From the NCBI GenBank assembly GCA_021199275.1, contig JAJQIJ010000037.1:14154-78153 (forward strand): a stretch of 64,000 nucleotides of DNA, written 5' to 3'. A program made the position numbers and the translations under genes. Within the stretch, counting starts at the first letter, position 1. Each line of letters starts with the position of its first letter. The notes under the pieces are model-generated. The model searched no databases. It had not been told where the DNA came from and saw only the letters and a list, made by a program, of their open reading frames with translations. This document shows, piece after piece, positions 1 to 9,127 of this stretch. Origin of the DNA: Clostridiales bacterium (lineage in GTDB: Bacteria; Bacillota; Clostridia; Oscillospirales; Acutalibacteraceae).

Positions 1-426
1 AATTGAATCTGTGATTTCAATGCCTATTTTTGAAAACGGCGAACCCACAGGGCCCATTGAATAAGGAATTATATACATGGTGCGCCCTTCATAGCTGCCC
101 CTTGCAATGTCATAAAGCATTTCATATGCCTTTGCCGGTTCCATCCAGTGGTTTGTCGGGCCGGCGTCTTTTTCAGACTTCGAACAAATTAATGTTCTGT
201 CTTCAACACGTGCAACGTCGTTTTCAGCTGTCCTGTGTAGATAGCAGTCAGGCAGCAGCTCTTCGTTGAGCTTTATCATTTCGCCCGTTTCAACGCCTTC
301 GGCCTTGAGAGCGTCTATCTGTTCCTTTGACCCGTCAATCCACATGATTTTTGACGGCTTTAAAAGTTCAACCTTTTCGTCAAGCCACTTAAGAAGCGTG
401 GGGTTTTTGGTTAAAGTTGTTTGCAT
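1..426 (-). CDS. pckG: GTP-dependent phosphoenolpyruvate carboxykinase, 5' part (runs off the window start; absent from the ORF track)
   Basis: Manual translation from ATG at 426 gives MQTTLTKNPTLLKWLDEK...RTAENDVARVEDRTLICS...GRTMYIIPYSMGPVGSPFSKIGIEITDS, matching GTP-PEPCK N-terminal motifs (DVARVE, MYxIPxSMGP, GIEITDS). RBS AAGGAGA lies upstream. Confidence 0.93.
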   Translation of the reverse strand, partial: MQTTLTKNPTLLKWLDEKVELLKPSKIMWIDGSKEQIDALKAEGVETGEMIKLNEELLPDCYLHRTAENDVARVEDRTLICSKSEKDAGPTNHWMEPAKAYEMLYDIARGSYEGRTMYIIPYSMGPVGSPFSKIGIEITDSI

Positions 427-540
427 ATTTTTATCTCCTTCAAAATAAAATACTTAATAAGTGCGCAATGCTGCGCTGCGGCGCCGGCGGTAATTTAAAG
501 TCAACAAGTAAAATATTCCAATCTTCCGGCACTATAATAT

Positions 541-568
541 ATTATAACAATTCGCCCCGAAATTTCAA
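541..568 (-). promoter_or_regulatory. sigmaA-type promoter for pckG
   Basis: Minus strand TTGAAA-16nt-TATAAT with extended -10 TG. Confidence 0.55.
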
Positions 569-589
569 TAGGCATATTGTCTAATTTGC

Positions 590-1603
590 CTAAAAATTAA
601 TAATGTCTATTGGCATTGTTGCATAAGCATTCAGGCTTGATTTGGCTATTGTGCCCGCAAGAAATTCATAATAGCCCTGCGAAGCCACCATGGCGCCGTT
701 GTCGCCGCAATAGCAAAGTTCGGGCAGCTGAAGCTGCCATGAGCGCCTTTTGCACATTGCAGCGCATTCTTTTCTTAAAAGCGAATTTGCCGAAACCCCG
801 CCCGCCAGCACAATTTTATTATAACCAAAATTCAGCGCCGCCTTTTCAAGATTTGAAATCAAACAGTTTACCACGCTTTTTTGAAAAGACGCCGCAAGGT
901 CAGGCACATTTATGTTGTCGCCGCGCTGCTCGTGCTTGTGAATAATGTTTATGACAGACGTTTTCAGGCCGCTGAACGAAAAGTCATATGGGCTGCCGTC
1001 AACCTTTGGGTGCGGAAATTCAAAGGCGTCTGCCATGCCGTTTTTGCTTATCTTGTCTATGCTGACCCCGCCCGGGTATTCAAGCCCCATTGCGCGCCCC
1101 GCCTTGTCAAGCGCTTCGCCTGCCGCGTCATCACGCGTGCGGCCTATTACTTTATATTCAGTATAGCCGTTTACCGCCACAATATGCGAATGGCCGCCGC
1201 TTACAACAAGGCACAAAAACGGCGGCTCTAAATTCGACGTAAGATAATTTGACGCAATGTGGCCGCGCAGATGATGCACGGGCACAAGCGGCTTGTTGCA
1301 GGCAAACGCAAGCCCTTTTGCAAAATTCACACCAACAAGCAGCGCGCCTATAAGCCCCGGCGCATATGTAACCGCCAAAGCGTCTATATCTTGCATGGTG
1401 CAGCCGGCTTTGTCCAGCGCCTGCTGCACAACGCCGCTTATGGCTTCCGCATGGCAGCGCGAAGCAATTTCAGGCACAACGCCGCCGTAAAGCTTGTGCT
1501 TGTCAAGCGACGAAGCTATCACGTTTGATTTGACCGCCCTGCCGTTTTCCACCACCGCAGCGGCGGTTTCATCGCAAGATGATTCTATTCCAAGTATCTT
1601 CAT
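590..1603 (-). CDS. tsaD: tRNA N6-adenosine threonylcarbamoyltransferase
   Basis: ILGIESSCDET, HHLRGH, LVVSGGHS, DDAAGEALDK, FSFSGLKT, DNGAM motifs. Confidence 0.97.
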   Translation of the reverse strand: MKILGIESSCDETAAAVVENGRAVKSNVIASSLDKHKLYGGVVPEIASRCHAEAISGVVQQALDKAGCTMQDIDALAVTYAPGLIGALLVGVNFAKGLAFACNKPLVPVHHLRGHIASNYLTSNLEPPFLCLVVSGGHSHIVAVNGYTEYKVIGRTRDDAAGEALDKAGRAMGLEYPGGVSIDKISKNGMADAFEFPHPKVDGSPYDFSFSGLKTSVINIIHKHEQRGDNINVPDLAASFQKSVVNCLISNLEKAALNFGYNKIVLAGGVSANSLLRKECAAMCKRRSWQLQLPELCYCGDNGAMVASQGYYEFLAGTIAKSSLNAYATMPIDIINF

Positions 1604-1620
1604 ATTAAAATATCCTCTTG

Positions 1621-1678
1621 ATATAACTTAGGGGAAATGTCCCCCGCCTCTACAGGCGGCGGGGCTCGACTTTTAAAC
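1621..1678 (+). repeat. Truncated copy (A) of the ~138-bp palindromic intergenic repeat
   Basis: ATATAACTTAGGGGAAATGTCCCCCGCCTCTACAGGCGGC...CGACTTTTAA matches the first ~55 nt of the copy at 38110. Confidence 0.85.
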
Positions 1679-1709
1679 GCCAGAGATTAAATACCGCCGC
1701 GCCGGTAAT

Positions 1710-2147
1710 TTAACGTGCCCTTGTATGGCAACACTGTTTTTTCATAAGCAGCGCGTCGTCAGGCGGGTTGTTGTAATAATCTTTGCGAACGGCATATTGC
1801 AAAAAACCCGCGCTTTCATAAAGCGCACGTGCCGGCGCGTTATTTTTTCTTACGTCAAGATAAACATTGCCGCAAAAGTCAGAAAGAGCGCTTTCAAGCA
1901 GCGCCGTGGCTATGCCCTGCCTGCGGTATTCGCCCAATACTGCAAGGCGCACTATTTCAGCTTCGTCTTTAATTTTATAAACCAGCAAAAAACCTGCCGC
2001 GCCGGCATGTTCAGCAATAAAAAATTCTGAAAAAGCTTTGGCAAATTCAGCTTTTATGCCGGGGCTGCCCCACGCGTCTTTAAAAGAAGCCTTTTCTATT
2101 TTTTCTATTTCACCAATGTCAGCCAAAACGGCTTTTCTTATTTTCAT
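1710..2147 (-). CDS. rimI: Ribosomal protein S18 alanine N-acetyltransferase (GNAT)
   Basis: LAVLGEYRRQGIA, YLDVRKNN, LYESAGF, RKDYY motifs. Start placed at ATG 2147 right after the polA TGA. Confidence 0.85.
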   Translation of the reverse strand: MKIRKAVLADIGEIEKIEKASFKDAWGSPGIKAEFAKAFSEFFIAEHAGAAGFLLVYKIKDEAEIVRLAVLGEYRRQGIATALLESALSDFCGNVYLDVRKNNAPARALYESAGFLQYAVRKDYYNNPPDDALLMKKQCCHTRAR

Positions 2148-2148
2148 G

Positions 2149-4764
2149 TCAGTGTGCGTCATACCATGTTTTGGCAATTTTTCCGTCTGCAACATAAGGC
2201 ACCGCGCCGGTGCAGGCGTTTTGCATTTCCTGTGTTACAATTTCCAGCGCGCGTTCGGCTTCATCTGCCGGCGCTTCAATCATAAGTTCGTCGTGCACCT
2301 GTAAAATCAGGCGCGAATTCATGTGTTCGGCTTCAAGCCGTTTGTCAACCCTTACCATTGCAATTTTAATTATGTCTGCCGCGGTGCCCTGAATTGGCAT
2401 GTTGCGCGCAACACGTTCGCCAAAGCTTTTTAAAGCGTGGTTTTTAGACTTTAATTCCGGCAAAAAGCGCCTGCGGTTAAACTGGGTTTTTGCCCAGCCG
2501 GTTTCCTTTGCGCTTTCAATCATTTTGTTCATATATTCACAAACGCCGCTGAAATGCCTTAAATAGCCGTCAATATATTCCTTTGCCTCTTTATGTGAAA
2601 CGCCTATATCTTTGGCAAGGCTATATGGGCCTATACCGTAAACTATGCCGAAATTCACCGCCTTTGCGCGCGAACGCAGCATTGGCGTTATCATTTCAGG
2701 CGGCAGGCCGAAAACCTGAGACGCGGTGGTTTTATGAATGTCTTCACCTGAATTAAACGCGTCTATCATGTTTTTGTCGCCGGAAAGATTTGCAAGCACA
2801 CGCAGCTCAATCTGGCTGTAATCGGCGTCTACAAGCATGCAGCCGTCTGCGGCGCGGAAAAAGCGGCGCATTTCGCGCCCCAGCTCAGTTCTTATGGGAA
2901 TATTCTGAAGATTAGGCTCTAAAGATGAAATCCTGCCGGTTCTGGTTTCAACCTGGTTAAAAGAGGTGTGAATTCTGCCGTCTTTTTCTATTACCTTTAA
3001 AAGCCCGTCGCAATAGGTTGAGCGAAGCTTTGCAAGCTTGCGGTATTCAAGCACCTGAGCTACAATCGGGTAACTTTCGGCAAGGGCTTCCAAATCTTCC
3101 GCTTTGGTTGAATAACCGCGCTTTGACTTGCCCTGCGGCGGCAGGTGCATTTCTTCAAAAAGCACACGCCCCAGCTGCTGCGGCGAATTTATATTAAATT
3201 CATGCCCGGCGCCGTCATATATGCTGCGCGTTAATTCGTCAATTCTCTTTGTCAGTTTTTCTTTGAAATTCTGTATTCCAACAGGGTCTGCTTCAAAGCC
3301 GACAATTTCCATTTTTGCAAGCACTTTTGACAGCGGCAGTTCAATTTCATAAAGCAGCTTTTCCTGGCCTGCAGCTTTCAGTTCATTGTCTGTTTTTTCA
3401 AAAAGCTCTTTGAGCGCCGCCGCCTGCGACACTGCTTTTTCATTTGCACCAAGTGAATTGATATATTCAGGCAGCTGCACGCCGTATTCCAGGCACAGCT
3501 TGTCAATGTCATAGCTTGCATTGTCTGCGCGCAGCAGATATGCGCTTAGCAGCAGGTCGCCGCACACATTTTTAAGCTGCACACCCAGCTTGCATGCAAG
3601 CTTATAAAGCTCTTTTGTGTTATAGCTGTATTTTTTAACGCTGTTTTCAAAATAATTTTTAACCAGATATTTATATTCCGCGCCTTCGCCCGGAAAGGTA
3701 ATTATTTCATCGCCGAAAGCAAAATGCAGCGCGGCAATTGAATTTTGCGCCGGCAAAAATTCCGGCAGCACATAGCTGACAGTGCTTTCATTTATTTTTT
3801 TGAGCAAAAAGTCGGCGTCAAGGCATGTGAGCCTTGTAATTTTGCGTTCCGGCGGCACGGCGGCATTGCCTTTTGCAGCTGAAACGGCGGCATTTTTGTC
3901 TATGCCGAATTTGTCAAACATGCTGAAAAGCTCAAGGCGCTGCAATTCATTTGCGGCCGCTTCGGGGTCTGCAATGCTTTTAGTGTAATGCGAAATAAGC
4001 GAATCAATAGGCACGTCAGTCCTTATTTTTCCAAGCTCAAGCGAAAGATAAGCTTTTTCTTTGTCGTTTTTAAGCTTTTCACGAAGCGAAGCTTTTATGT
4101 CTATTTCGTCAATATGTTCATAAATGTAATCAATGCTGCCGAAGCTTTGAATCAGCTTGAGCGCAGTTTTTTCACCCACGCCGCGAACACCGGGAATATT
4201 GTCGCTTGCGTCACCCTGCAGGGCTTTCACCTGCAAAAGAGCCGGCGGCTTTATGCCGTATTCGGCCTCAATTGCAGCTTCGTCATAAACGTCTGTTACA
4301 GCTTGGGAATTTTTTGTGCGCGCAAGCAGCACCCTGACGCTGCCGTGAGCCAGCTGCAGCGAATCGCGGTCTCCCGTGGCTATGAAGCACTCGTTTCCCA
4401 GCGCACGGCAGTTTTCGGCAAAAGTGCCCAAAATGTCGTCTGCTTCCCAGCCGGGGCATTTAACCGTTTTATAGCCCAGCAAATTAAGCAGCTTTTCAAG
4501 CACCGGCATCTGTTCGCACAGCTCCTCCGGCATGGCGTGCCTGCCTGCTTTGTATTCGGAATACATTTTGTGCCGAAAGGTGGGCTCATGCACATCAAAG
4601 GCAACCGCAACCGAGTCCGGCTCGCAAATGGATTCAAGCTTTAAAAGAATGTTAAGAAAGCCGTAAATCGCATTGGTGTGAAAGCCAGTTTTGGTTGAAA
4701 GAATTCTTATGCCGTAATACGCGCGGTTTGCTATGCTGTTTCCGTCTATTACAAGTAATTTCAT
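2149..4764 (-). CDS. polA: DNA polymerase I
   Basis: 5'-3' exonuclease (LLVIDGNS, EADDILGT, GDASDNIPGV) and polymerase motifs DYSQIELR, KAVNFGIVYG, QVHDEL. Start at ATG 4764 after AAGAAAGG. Confidence 0.98.
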   Translation of the reverse strand: MKLLVIDGNSIANRAYYGIRILSTKTGFHTNAIYGFLNILLKLESICEPDSVAVAFDVHEPTFRHKMYSEYKAGRHAMPEELCEQMPVLEKLLNLLGYKTVKCPGWEADDILGTFAENCRALGNECFIATGDRDSLQLAHGSVRVLLARTKNSQAVTDVYDEAAIEAEYGIKPPALLQVKALQGDASDNIPGVRGVGEKTALKLIQSFGSIDYIYEHIDEIDIKASLREKLKNDKEKAYLSLELGKIRTDVPIDSLISHYTKSIADPEAAANELQRLELFSMFDKFGIDKNAAVSAAKGNAAVPPERKITRLTCLDADFLLKKINESTVSYVLPEFLPAQNSIAALHFAFGDEIITFPGEGAEYKYLVKNYFENSVKKYSYNTKELYKLACKLGVQLKNVCGDLLLSAYLLRADNASYDIDKLCLEYGVQLPEYINSLGANEKAVSQAAALKELFEKTDNELKAAGQEKLLYEIELPLSKVLAKMEIVGFEADPVGIQNFKEKLTKRIDELTRSIYDGAGHEFNINSPQQLGRVLFEEMHLPPQGKSKRGYSTKAEDLEALAESYPIVAQVLEYRKLAKLRSTYCDGLLKVIEKDGRIHTSFNQVETRTGRISSLEPNLQNIPIRTELGREMRRFFRAADGCMLVDADYSQIELRVLANLSGDKNMIDAFNSGEDIHKTTASQVFGLPPEMITPMLRSRAKAVNFGIVYGIGPYSLAKDIGVSHKEAKEYIDGYLRHFSGVCEYMNKMIESAKETGWAKTQFNRRRFLPELKSKNHALKSFGERVARNMPIQGTAADIIKIAMVRVDKRLEAEHMNSRLILQVHDELMIEAPADEAERALEIVTQEMQNACTGAVPYVADGKIAKTWYDAH

Positions 4765-4863
4765 AATTTGACCTTTCTTAAAGTTCAATAGCTCATGGGC
4801 ACCGGTGACTTTAAACGGCGCCATGGTGCCGTGGCGCGCCTTTTAAGCTGCGCTGCTTTGGCT

Positions 4864-5259
4864 TCAATCGGCTTCGTCTGTAATTATTTTGAAAAGCTCG
4901 CGCAGCCTTAATGTGTTGCCGGAAAGATAAAGCCAGCCAAACAGCGCTTCAAACCCGGTTGCCGTGTGATATTCAGCTTCGGTTGCGCTTTTTGGCAAAT
5001 GCCCCACCTTGGCGTTGCGCCCGCGTTTGAAACAGCGCATTTCATCTTCGCCGAGTAAGGGCTCTATTTTTTTAAATGCCGCTGTCTGCGCCGCAGCGCT
5101 TACAAATTTAACGCTTTCACGGTGCAGGTCTGCAACAGGCCTGTTTGCGCTGCAAACAATGCTTTCGCGCACCAGCATTTCATAAACGCAGTCGCCTATA
5201 AAAGCAAGGTTGAGCGGGCTTATTTCTTTTAAATCAACATTTAAATCCAAAAATCTCAT
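4864..5259 (-). CDS. mrnC: Mini-ribonuclease III
   Basis: LAFIGDCVYE, KRGRNAK, ATGFEALFGWLYL; no dsRBD. Confidence 0.93.
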   Translation of the reverse strand: MRFLDLNVDLKEISPLNLAFIGDCVYEMLVRESIVCSANRPVADLHRESVKFVSAAAQTAAFKKIEPLLGEDEMRCFKRGRNAKVGHLPKSATEAEYHTATGFEALFGWLYLSGNTLRLRELFKIITDEAD

Positions 5260-5266
5260 ATTATTT

Positions 5267-6535
5267 TTAAGGCACATATTCAAATTCAATGTCATACACA
5301 GACACCGTGTCGCCTTCCTTCATTCCCATTTCAAGCAATTTTTTTATTATGCCGCTGCCTTCAAGCACCCTTTGCAGGTATTCAAGGCTTTCATAGTCGT
5401 CAATATTAAGCCCTTTAAGCACCTTTGGAAACCAGCTTGCTTCAACTATATAATAATGCTCTTCCGGCATGGTAATGCAAAAATCAGAGTCGCCGGTAAT
5501 GCTTTGCAGCGGTATTTCCTCTCTTTCATATTCCTTAATCGGCGGCAGTTTTGAAAGAGCGCGTGCCGCCGCAGCCATAAGTTCGCCTGTGCCTTCGCCT
5601 ATAGGCGCGCATATAGGGTAAAATTCATAACCCAGTTTTTCAACCCAGCGCCTGAAATCGGCAACGGTTTCTTCACTTGCAAGGTCAATTTTTGTGCCTG
5701 CAACAATCTGCGGGCGCTCTGCAAGTTCCGGGTTGAACTTTTTAAGTTCTTCATTTATTTTTATAAAATCCTCTTTGGGGTCTCTTCCTTCAAAGCCGCT
5801 TACATCAACCAAATGCACCAGCAGCCGGCAGCGGTCTATATGCCTTAAAAATTCAAAGCCCAGCCCGGCCCCTGCCGCCGCGCCGTCTATCAGCCCGGGA
5901 ATGTCTGCAATTACAAACGAATTTTCGTCTGTAATTCTTACCACGCCCAAATTCGGGCTTAGCGTTGTGAAATGATAATCTGCAACTTTCGGCCTGGCGT
6001 TTGAAACCGCCGCAATAAGGCTTGACTTGCCGACTGACGGATAGCCCACTAAGCCAACGTCTGCAAGCAGCTTGAGTTCCAGCACCACTTCCCACTCTTC
6101 GCCGGGCACACCCGGCTTTGCAAAGCGCGGAGCCTGCCTTGTTGGCGTGGCAAAATGCTGGTTGCCAAGGCCGCCCCTGCCCCCTTTGGCTGCTATGAAA
6201 CGCTCTGTGGCGCTCATGTCTGCCATAATGGCGCCGCTGGAAGCTTCTTTTATAAGCGTTCCCCGCGGCACATTTATAACTAAATCCGGCGCGCTTTTGC
6301 CGCGCTTTCTGTCGCCGCCGCCGGGCAGCCCGTTTTTAGCTGCATATTTTCTTTTATATCTGAAATCGGCAAGGGTTGACAAATTGTCGTCAACAACAAA
6401 CACAACGTCGCCGCCCTTGCCGCCGTCTCCGCCGTCAGGCCCGCCTGAAGCCACATATTTTTCGCGGTGGAAAGCAACGGCTCCGTCGCCGCCGTTTCCT
6501 GCTTTAATTATTATTTTTGCTTTATCTATAAACAT
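5267..6535 (-). CDS. obg: GTPase Obg/CgtA
   Basis: Gly-rich N-terminal domain, GYPSVGKS, YHFTTL, DIPGL, C-terminal domain ending in IEFEY. Confidence 0.98.
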   Translation of the reverse strand: MFIDKAKIIIKAGNGGDGAVAFHREKYVASGGPDGGDGGKGGDVVFVVDDNLSTLADFRYKRKYAAKNGLPGGGDRKRGKSAPDLVINVPRGTLIKEASSGAIMADMSATERFIAAKGGRGGLGNQHFATPTRQAPRFAKPGVPGEEWEVVLELKLLADVGLVGYPSVGKSSLIAAVSNARPKVADYHFTTLSPNLGVVRITDENSFVIADIPGLIDGAAAGAGLGFEFLRHIDRCRLLVHLVDVSGFEGRDPKEDFIKINEELKKFNPELAERPQIVAGTKIDLASEETVADFRRWVEKLGYEFYPICAPIGEGTGELMAAAARALSKLPPIKEYEREEIPLQSITGDSDFCITMPEEHYYIVEASWFPKVLKGLNIDDYESLEYLQRVLEGSGIIKKLLEMGMKEGDTVSVYDIEFEYVP

Positions 6536-6788
6536 TTTATTACCTCAAAAACAACTTGGCAAAAAATGCCGCCCGCAATGGTGCGCCGCTTTCCCCATGG
6601 CAAAACAGGGCGGCTCATTACTATTTAAATATTAACAGAAATACATTCAAAATGCAACCGAGCGCGCCAAAATAATCTTGAAAATGAGATTTTCGGTAAA
6701 AAACAGCTTAAACAGCGTAAAATTGCCATGTAATGAACTTGTTTTTTTAAAATTTGATTATTTTTTTGAAAATAATACAAAAAATCAC

Positions 6789-6817
6789 TTGACAAAGCCT
6801 GTGAACTATGTTATCAT
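6789..6817 (+). promoter_or_regulatory. Strong sigmaA promoter with no downstream CDS
   Basis: TTGACA(6789-6794)-17nt-TATCAT(6812-6817) with extended -10 TG. Confidence 0.75.
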
Positions 6818-6823
6818 GTGATT

Positions 6824-6946
6824 ACAGTTAACGCTGCTGTAAACCTGTCGGCGTTAACGGTGCTCTTTAGGCAGGGGCATGGCTTTCTCTGCGTCTGCCG
6901 GTTTTAAAGAGCAAAAGCAGCCCTGAAATTCAGGGCTGCTTTTTTA
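6824..6946 (+). ncRNA. Candidate orphan small RNA (~120 nt, family not recognised)
   Basis: Lies between a consensus promoter and an intrinsic terminator; two hairpins (GTTAACGC/GCGTTAAC; GCTCTTTA/TAAAGAGC with inner GGCAG/CTGCC); no convincing ORF. Confidence 0.55.
6913..6946. terminator. Bidirectional intrinsic terminator (candidate sRNA / rsmE)
   Basis: AAAAGCAGCCCTG-AAATT-CAGGGCTGCTTTT followed by a T run. Confidence 0.85.
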
Positions 6947-6988
6947 TTTTTTAAACAGTGCGCAAACGGCGTTTCGGAAAAAAGACGC

Positions 6989-7717
6989 TTATTCCAAATT
7001 ACCTGTCAGCAGCATAATTGCAGTTAAAGCGGCAATCGGCGCAGTTTCACACCTTAATATGCGTTTGCCCAAGCCTGCCGTTTTGCCGCCGCGGCTTACA
7101 ATGCTGTCTATTTCGCTTTTGTCAAAGCCGCCCTCAGGCCCGATAAACACAGCTATATGCCGCGCAGACGGGCAGGCGCTGATTATATTTTTTATCGGCT
7201 CGCCGCCGCCTTCATAAAAAACTATAATTTGTTCCGCCTTACAGCTGCGCAGCGCTTCGTCAAATGCCAAGGTTTTGCCCACGCGCGGAACTATGCCGCG
7301 CCCGCTTTGCTGCGCGGCTTCAAGCGCAATTTTATTATAGCGTGCGTTTGCCTTTTCCGCCTGCTTTTCATCTGGGCGTTTTATGCTGCGCTTTGTTATA
7401 ACCGGCACAATTTCAAACGCGCCCATTTCAACGCTTTTTTGAATTATGTCTTCCATTTTGCCGCCCTTTGGCATGCTTTGGTAAAGACTTACCTTTACGC
7501 CGGGCTCGCAGTCGCTTTCTTTTTTATAACACACTGTTAAAAACGTGTTGCCCGGTTTTGTGCTTTCAAGCATGCAAACATATTCATAACCGCCGCCGTC
7601 TGTCAGCGTGATTAAATCGCCTTTTTTCATGCGCAGGCTTTTAACTATATGGCGGCTCTGCTCTTCGCCCAGCAATATTGTTTTTGAATCTATTGTTTCA
7701 ACAAAAAGCTTTTGCAT
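6989..7717 (-). CDS. rsmE: 16S rRNA m3U1498 methyltransferase
   Basis: HIVKSLRMK, QKSVEMG, EAAQQSGR, IGPEGGF, LGKRILRCETA. Confidence 0.96.
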   Translation of the reverse strand: MQKLFVETIDSKTILLGEEQSRHIVKSLRMKKGDLITLTDGGGYEYVCMLESTKPGNTFLTVCYKKESDCEPGVKVSLYQSMPKGGKMEDIIQKSVEMGAFEIVPVITKRSIKRPDEKQAEKANARYNKIALEAAQQSGRGIVPRVGKTLAFDEALRSCKAEQIIVFYEGGGEPIKNIISACPSARHIAVFIGPEGGFDKSEIDSIVSRGGKTAGLGKRILRCETAPIAALTAIMLLTGNLE

Positions 7718-7726
7718 AAATTCACC

Positions 7727-8551
7727 CTATTTCAAATTGTTTCTTGCCCAGTGGTAAAGATACTGCTGCGCTATGCCCTGATATGGCTGAAAGCATTCGG
7801 GCAGCCCGTTTGGGTAATATTGCAGCGCGCGCTCAATCCAGACGTCAACAGGAAAGCATTCCAGAAAATTAAAGCCAAACAGCAGCGCGCAGTTTGCCAC
7901 CTTTATGCCGACGCCGTTTATTTTAAGCAACTCTGCTTTGGCGTCTTCAAGACTCATTTTACCTATTTTTTCAAGCTCAATACTGCCCGAGTTCACGCCC
8001 TGTGCCAGTCGGCAAAGATATTTTGCCCTGTAGCCCGCGCCTATAGACTTAAAATCATCTTCAGACAGCACCGCTAAAGCCGAAGCGGTGGGAAAGGAAT
8101 ATACGCCGTTTTTTATTTCATTACCCCACCCGGCGCACAGCTTTTCTATTATGGCTTTTATTCTGGGTATATTGTTTTGCTGGCTTATTACAAAAGACGC
8201 TAACGCTTCCCACGGCTGCTGTCTTAAAATTCTGATTCCATAATACTGTTTTACAGACGGGGCAATGATTTCATCTTTTGAAATTTCACGGCAAATGGCT
8301 GCATAGTCCCTGCCGAAATCAAAATAATTATACCACACATTTTCAAAGTCCTGCATGTCTGTGCCCCTTAAAACCAGACTGCCGCCCGGCAGCTGCTTGA
8401 TTTCCAAATATTTTGAATATGCCGCGCCGCGCCAAAAGCCGTCTTCGCCCTTTTTCCACCTGAATGCTTCGCCGCAGTCAAGCGTCAAATCAAGGTTAAA
8501 ACATTTTACATCTTTTAAAACAATATCTGTGCCGTTTTGTTCAATTAACAT
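7727..8551 (-). CDS. 8-oxoguanine DNA glycosylase (Ogg1-like, HhH-GPD)
   Basis: TLDCGEAFRW, ISQQNNIPRI, GAGYRAKY, HhH INGVGIKVANCALLF, FPVDVWI. Confidence 0.9.
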   Translation of the reverse strand: MLIEQNGTDIVLKDVKCFNLDLTLDCGEAFRWKKGEDGFWRGAAYSKYLEIKQLPGGSLVLRGTDMQDFENVWYNYFDFGRDYAAICREISKDEIIAPSVKQYYGIRILRQQPWEALASFVISQQNNIPRIKAIIEKLCAGWGNEIKNGVYSFPTASALAVLSEDDFKSIGAGYRAKYLCRLAQGVNSGSIELEKIGKMSLEDAKAELLKINGVGIKVANCALLFGFNFLECFPVDVWIERALQYYPNGLPECFQPYQGIAQQYLYHWARNNLK

Positions 8552-8592
8552 TTTCGTCTCCCGTCAGTTTAATATTTGTATATAGCTGATAT

Positions 8593-8616
8593 AATAACGA
8601 GCAGTCCCTTATTGAA
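8593..8616 (+). repeat. Isolated right-end palindrome module of the 138-bp repeat
   Basis: AATAACGAGCAGTCCCTTATTGAA vs consensus AATAACGGGCAAGCCCTTATTGAA. Confidence 0.6.
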
Positions 8617-9127
8617 ACGCCTTACCCTTTTACGCCATGGTGTTAAAAAGTAAAAATATGACAGTAAGTAAAACTTTATCTTTCAATTTTACCTGTGCAA
8701 AAATAGCAAAATAGCCAAAAAAAACTGTAATAATTTGTAACTTTACAAATTGTTGAAAACTCGGTGTAAATTATTGAAAATTATTAAAAAACAACCGAAA
8801 AACCACTTTTCAACATTGAAATATGCCTTAAACAAGCGCATTTTTTTGAAGTTTTAAACATTTTTAACATAGTTTTTAACAATTTCACCCCATGGGGCGG
8901 ATATACAAATTGTTATATAAAACCTTTGTCAAGACTTTTTTTATTGCAAAAATAACCAAAAATGAAATTTGCAAAAAATGAATAAAGGCAATTTCAAAAA
9001 CCTACACTATCTGTATAACTTAGGCAGTAAATGTTCATCTTTTTCTTAGCCGGTGTCATAAATGCCAATTTTGTTTAAAGCATTTGCAGCAAAAAATCTT
9101 TAATTTTAGTTGAAAGGACAAGAGAAT

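Noticed and set aside
1621-1634. ATAACTT similarity to loxP arms or Xer/dif sites
   Set aside because: Only a 7-nt match; no paired 13-bp arms around an 8-bp spacer and no dif consensus.
6824-6946. SRP RNA, 6S RNA or riboswitch identity for the candidate sRNA
   Set aside because: No CAGG...GGAA...GCAG SRP helix, too short and wrong fold for 6S, and no downstream gene for a riboswitch.
9014-9024. TATAACTTAGG as another repeat left end
   Set aside because: An 11-nt match in AT-rich DNA with none of the following hairpin; could be chance.
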